From positions 64 through 64,063 of the forward strand of contig CAWKJK010000055.1 in assembly GCA_963849655.1 (NCBI GenBank): DNA of 64,000 nucleotides, read 5' to 3'. The translations under genes were made by a program, and so were the position numbers. How positions within the stretch are numbered: the stretch's first letter is position 1; each line of letters opens with the position of its first letter. The notes under the pieces are model-generated. The model was not told where the DNA came from. It did no database searches and saw only the letters and a program-made list of their open reading frames with translations. The stretch comes from an uncultured Nitrospiraceae bacterium (GTDB lineage Bacteria > Nitrospirota > Nitrospiria > Nitrospirales > Nitrospiraceae). Shown here one piece after another: positions 58,290 through 64,000 of the stretch.

Positions 58290-59421
58290 ATGAAAGATGA
58301 GAGGACAATCACGCACACGGACGTTGACATGATGGGACAACACCCGATGCTGCTCGACGAACGGCTCTTCAAACAGGCGGTCACGCGGGAACGGAAACGT
58401 ACGGATCGCTCCGGGCTTGCTATGGCCTTGATGTTGGTCGGTCTTCCGAACAGGTCACGCGAGCAGGGGACGGCTGACAGCACTGTCGTGGTGAACGCCT
58501 TGTCGGTGGTCACCTCGGAGCTTGATATTCTGGGATGGTTTGAATCGTCGTGCGTCATCGGTCTGATTGTGCCCGAGATCTCCCCCGTCGACCTGACTGG
58601 TACCTGCGATCGGCTGGAAAGCTCAGTTTGGAACGCGGTCGCACTTCAGGGCGATGAGGGGCTTGCGCAACATCTTTCGATCAAGTTGCATGTGTATCCC
58701 GATCCGACCGCATCAAACGAGAAGCAGGTGTGTCCCATGGATCCACTGTTGTATCCGGAACTTTCGGCGACCCAGCCTGCAGTCCAGAATTTTTGGATCT
58801 TCAAACGAGCCATGGACATTGTGCTCAGTGTCCTATTGTTGATCCTATTGTTGCCGGTGTTCGCCCTCATCGCCGCAATTGTCAAGCTGTCGTCGCCTGG
58901 ACCCGTCCTATTCAGGCAAATGCGCGTCGGATATCTGATGACGCCTTTCACGATGTGCAAGTTCCGAACGATGTATGCCACGGTGGATCACCAGATCCAC
59001 CACGACTATGTGAGCTGGTTCATCACCGCCAGCGACCAGGGGCAGTCGCAACAGAAGACGGCCGTCTTCAAGCTCACGGACGATGCCAGGATCACTCCCA
59101 TCGGCCGGTTTCTCCGCAGAACGAGCCTCGATGAGCTGCCCCAGCTCTGGAATGTGTTGATCGGTGACATGTCTCTGGTGGGACCACGGCCGCCGCTTCC
59201 GTATGAACTGCAACAATACAAGTCCTGGCACAAAGGTCGCGTGTTGGAGGCCAAGCCGGGCATGACCGGACTCTGGCAAGTCGTCGGCCGGAGTCGGACT
59301 ACCTTCGACGAGATGGTGCGCCTCGACTTACGGTATGCCAGGACCATGTCCCTGATGGTCCGATATCAAGATCCTGCTGGCGACGCCTGCGGCGGTCATT
59401 ACCGGCAAGGGGGCATGTTGA
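58290..59421 (+). CDS. Priming glycosyl-phosphate transferase (Bac_transf) with N-terminal degenerate GGDEF-like domain; frameshift near the 3' end
   Basis: KRAMDIV, GPVLFRQ.RVG, KFRTM, D.RIT.IGRFLRRTSLDELPQL.NVL.GDMSLVGPRP, KPGMTGLWQV.GRS; N-terminal RERKRTDRSG...DILGWF...GLIVPE. Confidence 0.93.
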
Positions 59422-59422
59422 C

Positions 59423-59652
59423 ATGATGTGTATCATCGGACTGTCTGCCTTTACCATGATGGTGCAGCCTGTCTAGTGCAGGATGGCAAGATCCTCGTTG
59501 CGGTTCAGGAAGAGCACTTTATGAGACTGAAGCACGATTACGGTTTTCCTAACCATGCCCTTCACTACTGCCTTGCCCAGGCAGGTATTGTGATCAAGGA
59601 TCGAATACATCGTCTTCCACCAGAAGCCCTTCGTGTGAAGTTTCGGTCTTGA
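59423..59652 (+). pseudogene. Truncated carbamoyltransferase (NodU/CmcH) N-terminal remnant
   Basis: IIGLSAF/YHDGAACLVQDGKILVAVQEEHF.RLKHD..FP..A..YCL; only ~75 codons before the next gene. Confidence 0.8.
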
Positions 59653-59729
59653 GACCTTGTTATGTAGGAGGAGGTGTACGGTGGTGAATTTGCCGCAGGT
59701 TGTGGACTTTCATAAAGGAGCGAAAAGCG

Positions 59730-61259
59730 TTGGTGTTGAGGGTTAATCTAGTTCCGTCCTGCATCATCTGCATAGGGTTAATTATCTGCACCCCTCAGGG
59801 ATGTAGCAGGGATTCATCATCTTCCTCAACGTCGGTTGATTTACCGCCGATCGCCGCCCCATTACCTGCCTTCCCACTCGTCGTATCAGCCAATACATCG
59901 ATATTTGCAGGATCAGAACGGAGCGCCTTTCCCTATTCTAGGGCGTACGGCCTGGTTCATCACATCGCTTTCGGAAAACAGACTACAAACGATTTATCGA
60001 CGACACGGTGGCCAAAGGCCATAACGCTATCGAATTTCACGTCATTAACCACGATAGGCGAGGCAATCACCCACCCTTCGGCCCAAATAATACGCTTCCA
60101 TTTACAGTGAGGCTCGACGGCTCGACCTGGGATGGTTCTCTCGGGCGCAACAACGACCAGGTACCTGATTTTTCACAGCCGAGTGAGGCCTACTGGGGAA
60201 AACGTTGATGCACTCCTGACATATGCTGAGTCCAAGGGTGTACTCTGTTTCATGTTCCCTGCATACACCGGCGCTGGTGGAGGCCCTCAGGGCTGGATGG
60301 ATGAGATGGTGGCCAATGGTTCGACCAAAATGCAGACTTATGGTCGCTTCATTTCGAACAGGTATAAAACTCGTAAGAATATCGTCTGGATGTTAGGTGG
60401 AGACTATGGTACTGGCGAACACCCTTTCACAGGACCACAGCTTGCCGTGGAACAGGCAATGCTGGCCGGGATGCAGACGGTCAACGGCCAGGCGAGCAGC
60501 ATGTTTTCCGCTGAGTGGGATAGTCCATCGATCTATACCGATCAAACGGACCCGATGCTACAGTCAGCCGGCACATTGCAAGGGGCTTATAGCTGGAAGG
60601 GAGAAGTCGTTACCTACGCTCGGAATGGCTATTCCTATCGGCCCATGATGCCCACCTTCTTACTTGAAGAGCCTTACGATCAGGAAGGGCCCGATGGAAA
60701 TCATGTCAACCCAAATGCAATCCAGCCTGTTCGTCGTTTCCAGTGGTGGGGATGGTTATCTGGAATCAGCGGCTATATCTCGGGCAACGGGTGCGTGTGG
60801 CCGTTTAACCCTTCAAAGCTCTTGTCGTTTTCATCCTGTTCTGACGGCTGGCAGACGCATCTGAATACACAGGGTGCGAGGGACATGAAGCGGCTCAACG
60901 ATTTCATTAGGTCTATTGCGTGGTATGGGCTTGTCCCATCCGGTTTGGACGGAATGAAGGATCTGATTCTCACTGGTAACACCATCGTTAGTAACGGAGA
61001 CCATATTGCAGCAGCCGCTTCAAGAGACGGCACTCTGCTAGTCGCCTATGTGCCTCCTGGACGGGCCACCTCACTGTCGTTCGCTGTCGACATGACCGTG
61101 ATGAGTGGACCGACGCGAGCACGTTGGTTCAATCCGGCCACAGCTGAATACACACTGATCGGTCTGTCGTTGGACAGCACCAGCACGCATGCTTTTGTGC
61201 CGCCTGGAGATAACGGCACGGGCTTCACCGACTGGGTTCTGCTGTTGGAAAAGCAGTAG
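59730..61259 (+). CDS. DUF4038-type glycoside hydrolase-like protein with C-terminal collagen-binding-like domain; possible lipoprotein (frameshifted)
   Basis: RYLQDQNGAPF..LG.TAW, KGHNAI, YGRFI..RY....NIVW.LGGD, LEEPYD, ARWFNPAT, DWVLLL; QG-C followed by a Ser-rich linker. Confidence 0.78.
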
Positions 61260-61425
61260 CATGATCAATGGGGCTGATTGTGAACCTTTGGACTCGGTGG
61301 GGCTGCGAGGCCAAGGACTAGGGGATTGTTTGGCATAATAGTGCGTAATTCTAGACTTTAGTCCACATGATGCTGCAACGCGAGATGGTGCAGGTTGCGT
61401 ATGCCAGCAAAGACTATGGCGATCA

Positions 61426-62067
61426 TTGACGATGCGTGGAGCATTAAAGGGGTGTGCCATAGCCGTTCTGGTGGCCGTGATTTTGTTTGTCTCAGCCATA
61501 CACGATTTCCTTGCGATCAATGATCCCGTTCAAGCTAACGTCCTGGTCGTCGAAGGTTGGGCTTGGGAATCGCCGGCAATGAAAAAGGCTGCCGACGAAT
61601 TCAATCGAGGAAAATATGATGTCGTGCTCACGGTCGGTGTCCTTCCCGGCGCGCAAGAAAGTGGATCGATGCAAGAGGACTTTGCCGAGCTGGCTGCCGA
61701 AGAGCTGATAAGGTTCGGTGTGGATGCCCAAGCTATCCAGGTGCTGGCGGTTCCCTATGTTGACCGGCATCGTACCTATGCATCCGCTTTGGCCGTCAAA
61801 CACTGGCTGGCCGGTTCAAAGATCGACATCGTAGGGATCAATGTTGTGACCCTCGGGGCACATGCGAGAAAGAGCCTGGTGTTGTTCAAGCGTGCTTTTG
61901 GTCGGAGTGTTGCTGTCGGCGTGATTGCAGGCGCCGAAAACGCGTACGACCCTGAACGATGGTGGCTCTCTGTGAGCGGGGTTTATACGGTGCTACGAAA
62001 AGCGATCGGTTACCTCTATGCGGAGTGGTGGCCTCTGCCGGATGATCTCCCTGCATCCACCCTGTAG
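61426..62067 (+). CDS. YdcF/DUF218 (ElyC/SanA-like) protein
   Basis: N-terminal TM, LVVEGW, RTYASA, VVTLGAHARKS, W....G...V..K.IGYLY. Confidence 0.78.
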   Translation: MTMRGALKGCAIAVLVAVILFVSAIHDFLAINDPVQANVLVVEGWAWESPAMKKAADEFNRGKYDVVLTVGVLPGAQESGSMQEDFAELAAEELIRFGVDAQAIQVLAVPYVDRHRTYASALAVKHWLAGSKIDIVGINVVTLGAHARKSLVLFKRAFGRSVAVGVIAGAENAYDPERWWLSVSGVYTVLRKAIGYLYAEWWPLPDDLPASTL

Positions 62068-62090
62068 AGGCTTTGTTGGAGGGACGTAAT

Positions 62091-63140
62091 ATGGCGGTCG
62101 TTAAGACAACCGGCGCCAGGATTGCGGCGATCTGCACCAGCCTGCCGTCCAGACGGTTCGACAATCTGACGGATTCTTCTGCGTTTACGGAGGAAGAAAT
62201 TCGCAAAGTGACAGGTATGGCCGGGGTCTCGAGCCGGCGCGTGGCAGGGGACACTATCTGTAGCAGCGATCTCTGTATCGTTGCGGCGCAACGTCTATTA
62301 GACCGGTTGGAATGGCATCCGGAGTTCATCGATGCCGTGATCATGGTGACGCAGACTCCCGACTACTTCCTGCCTTCTACGGCTTGCGTGGTTCACCACC
62401 GTCTGAAACTCGCCGACCATTGCGCCGCATTTGATGTGGGCCTCGGGTGCTCCGGCTTTCCGTACGGCATGTGGTTAGCCGCCATGATGCTCCAGGGCGG
62501 CGGTATGCGCAGAGTGCTGTTGCTGCATGGTGAAACGCCGACCCGCTTTTCTGATCAATCCGATCGTTCCGTGTCCCTGCTGTTCGGCGATGCCGGTTCG
62601 GCCACAGCGTTGGAAGCGACCGATGTCGCTGGGGCGACATGGCACTATGCGTTGCATTCCGACGGGAGTGGATACAACTCCATGATCGTCGAATCCGGCG
62701 GTTTCCGGGATCGGTTTGGGCAGGATGCGCGAAAACATTGCGTATCCATGAACGGCGCGCTCATCTTCAACTTCACGATCAAGCGGGTCCCCTCGTTGAT
62801 CGACGAGACCTTGAAGGCGGCGACGATGGGCGCCGACGATATCGACTACTTCATTTTTCATCAATCCAACCAATTCATCATGAAACATCTGTGCGCGAAA
62901 CAATCGCTTCCCTCTGAGAAGGTTCCTGTCATCCTTCGAGATTTCGGCAATACCGGAGGCGCATCGATTCCCTTGACCATGACACATGGAAATCTCGCAA
63001 GACCGAAGGATCGTCCACTCCGTCTGATGTTGCTGGGTTACGGTGTCGGCCTATCCTGGGGGTCGGCGCTTGTCGACTTGGATGAGCGGGCCATCTTAGA
63101 CTTTGTGGAGTTGGATAATACGTCACAGGTGTCGGCATGA
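62091..63140 (+). CDS. 3-oxoacyl-ACP synthase III (FabH-like paralog)
   Basis: TQTPDY..PSTAC, GLGCSGF (Cys), LFGDAGSA, FHQSN (His), FGNT (Asn), GVGLSWG. Confidence 0.92.
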   Translation: MAVVKTTGARIAAICTSLPSRRFDNLTDSSAFTEEEIRKVTGMAGVSSRRVAGDTICSSDLCIVAAQRLLDRLEWHPEFIDAVIMVTQTPDYFLPSTACVVHHRLKLADHCAAFDVGLGCSGFPYGMWLAAMMLQGGGMRRVLLLHGETPTRFSDQSDRSVSLLFGDAGSATALEATDVAGATWHYALHSDGSGYNSMIVESGGFRDRFGQDARKHCVSMNGALIFNFTIKRVPSLIDETLKAATMGADDIDYFIFHQSNQFIMKHLCAKQSLPSEKVPVILRDFGNTGGASIPLTMTHGNLARPKDRPLRLMLLGYGVGLSWGSALVDLDERAILDFVELDNTSQVSA

Positions 63141-63906
63141 TCGTTGACACAGGGAAGGTCTTCGAGGGGAAAACGATCGTCGTCTCGGGTGCCTCCTCTG
63201 GTATTGGGCGTGCCGTCGCGGTTCATCTGGCTCGCCAAGGGGCGGGATTGGTCTTAATCGGCCGCAATCGAGATCGATTGGAGGATACAGCAAAACAGGC
63301 CGGCGCTCACGCCTGCCGGATCATCCAGTTGGATTTGACCGACGTGAGCATGATCATGCCGGCCGTCAAGGAAGCTGCCTCTGCCGTAGGGAGGCTCTAT
63401 GGGTTATGTCATGCGGCAGGCACGGTTGACACGCTTCCTTTGAGCGCAACCAGCTCCGAAAAGCTTCAAGCCATGATGCAGGTAAATTATGTGGCCGGGA
63501 TGGAATTGGCTCGATCAGTCACTCGCAGGGATTTTCTCAACGCAGTGGGCGGTGCGGTTCTCTTTATTTCAGCCATCTATGGCCTTGTCGGCAAACCAGG
63601 CCAAATCGCCTACAGTGGAAGCAAAGGCGCAGTCATTGCCGCGGCGCGAGCCATGGCCATCGAACTGGCGAGGCGGAATGTCCGTGTGAACGGTGCTTTC
63701 GCCCGGCATGGTGCGGACGGAAATGGACCGAAAAGGCCATCGCCGGTCTTTCTACTCAACAGGTACAAGCGCTGAAAGACGCGCACCCTCTGGGATTCGG
63801 TAGTCCCGATGATATCGCGAATGCGGCTAGGTTCCTGCTCTCTCCTCAGAGTAACTGGATTACCGGCGCGAATCTGGTAGTGGATGGAGGCTGTTCTGCC
63901 CAGTAA
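63137..63906 (+). CDS. SDR-family oxidoreductase (FabG-like; frameshifts near the 3' end)
   Basis: SGASSGIG, YSGSKGA, HPLGFG...DIANA..FLLS....WITG..L.VDGG. Confidence 0.9.
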
Positions 63907-63934
63907 CACGATGGACGGACGGAAGGGATCCATA

Positions 63935-64000
63935 ATGACACAGACTGAGGCCGTTGCTTGGATTGCACGATTTTTGAGGTGGTTCCAGACCAGTTGACTC
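63935..64000 (+). CDS. Probable acyl carrier protein, 5' fragment (window edge)
   Basis: ATG after GGAAGGG; MTQTEAVAWIA...; follows FabH and SDR genes; the carrier Ser motif is not visible. Confidence 0.4.

Noticed and set aside
61331-61345. sigma54-like TGGCATAATAGTGC upstream of the YdcF gene
   Set aside because: GG-to-GC spacing is 9 rather than 10 nt; it could hide an indel but is not supportable as is.
27-63933. Numerous overlapping antisense and alternate-frame ORFs in the track
   Set aside because: They are shadows of GC-rich or repetitive genes, or fragments of frameshifted genes, with no independent motifs.

Overview
Bacterial chromosomal window; a Nitrospira-like origin is my inference from gene content, not a search result. 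Many genes carry single-base indels that look like long-read consensus errors, so split ORFs are joined here and treated as probably intact. Left to right: (1) the 3' part of a type I restriction subunit hsdR; (2) a three-gene unit behind a sigma70-like promoter, encoding a small DUF3467-like protein, a lipoprotein and a ~3,900-aa RTX protein with an N-terminal GxSxG lipase domain (candidate secreted toxin/immunity pair); (3) an XRE regulator, a coiled-coil protein, a TrmH methyltransferase and a czcCBA-type heavy-metal RND system; (4) tRNA-Phe(GAA); (5) a NarL/LuxR response regulator divergent from a >38-kb Wzx/Wzy exopolysaccharide locus. That locus opens with a UpxY-type NusG paralog, a lone IS3-OrfA-like HTH gene, a short OPX, a beta-barrel and Wzc. 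It continues with nucleotide-sugar, glycosyltransferase, acyl/amido-modification and deacetylase genes, a pair of degenerate GGDEF-like domains around the priming transferase, and a FabH/SDR/ACP cassette that runs off the right edge. Three decayed gene remnants lie inside the locus. No rRNA, CRISPR array or complete IS element was seen.
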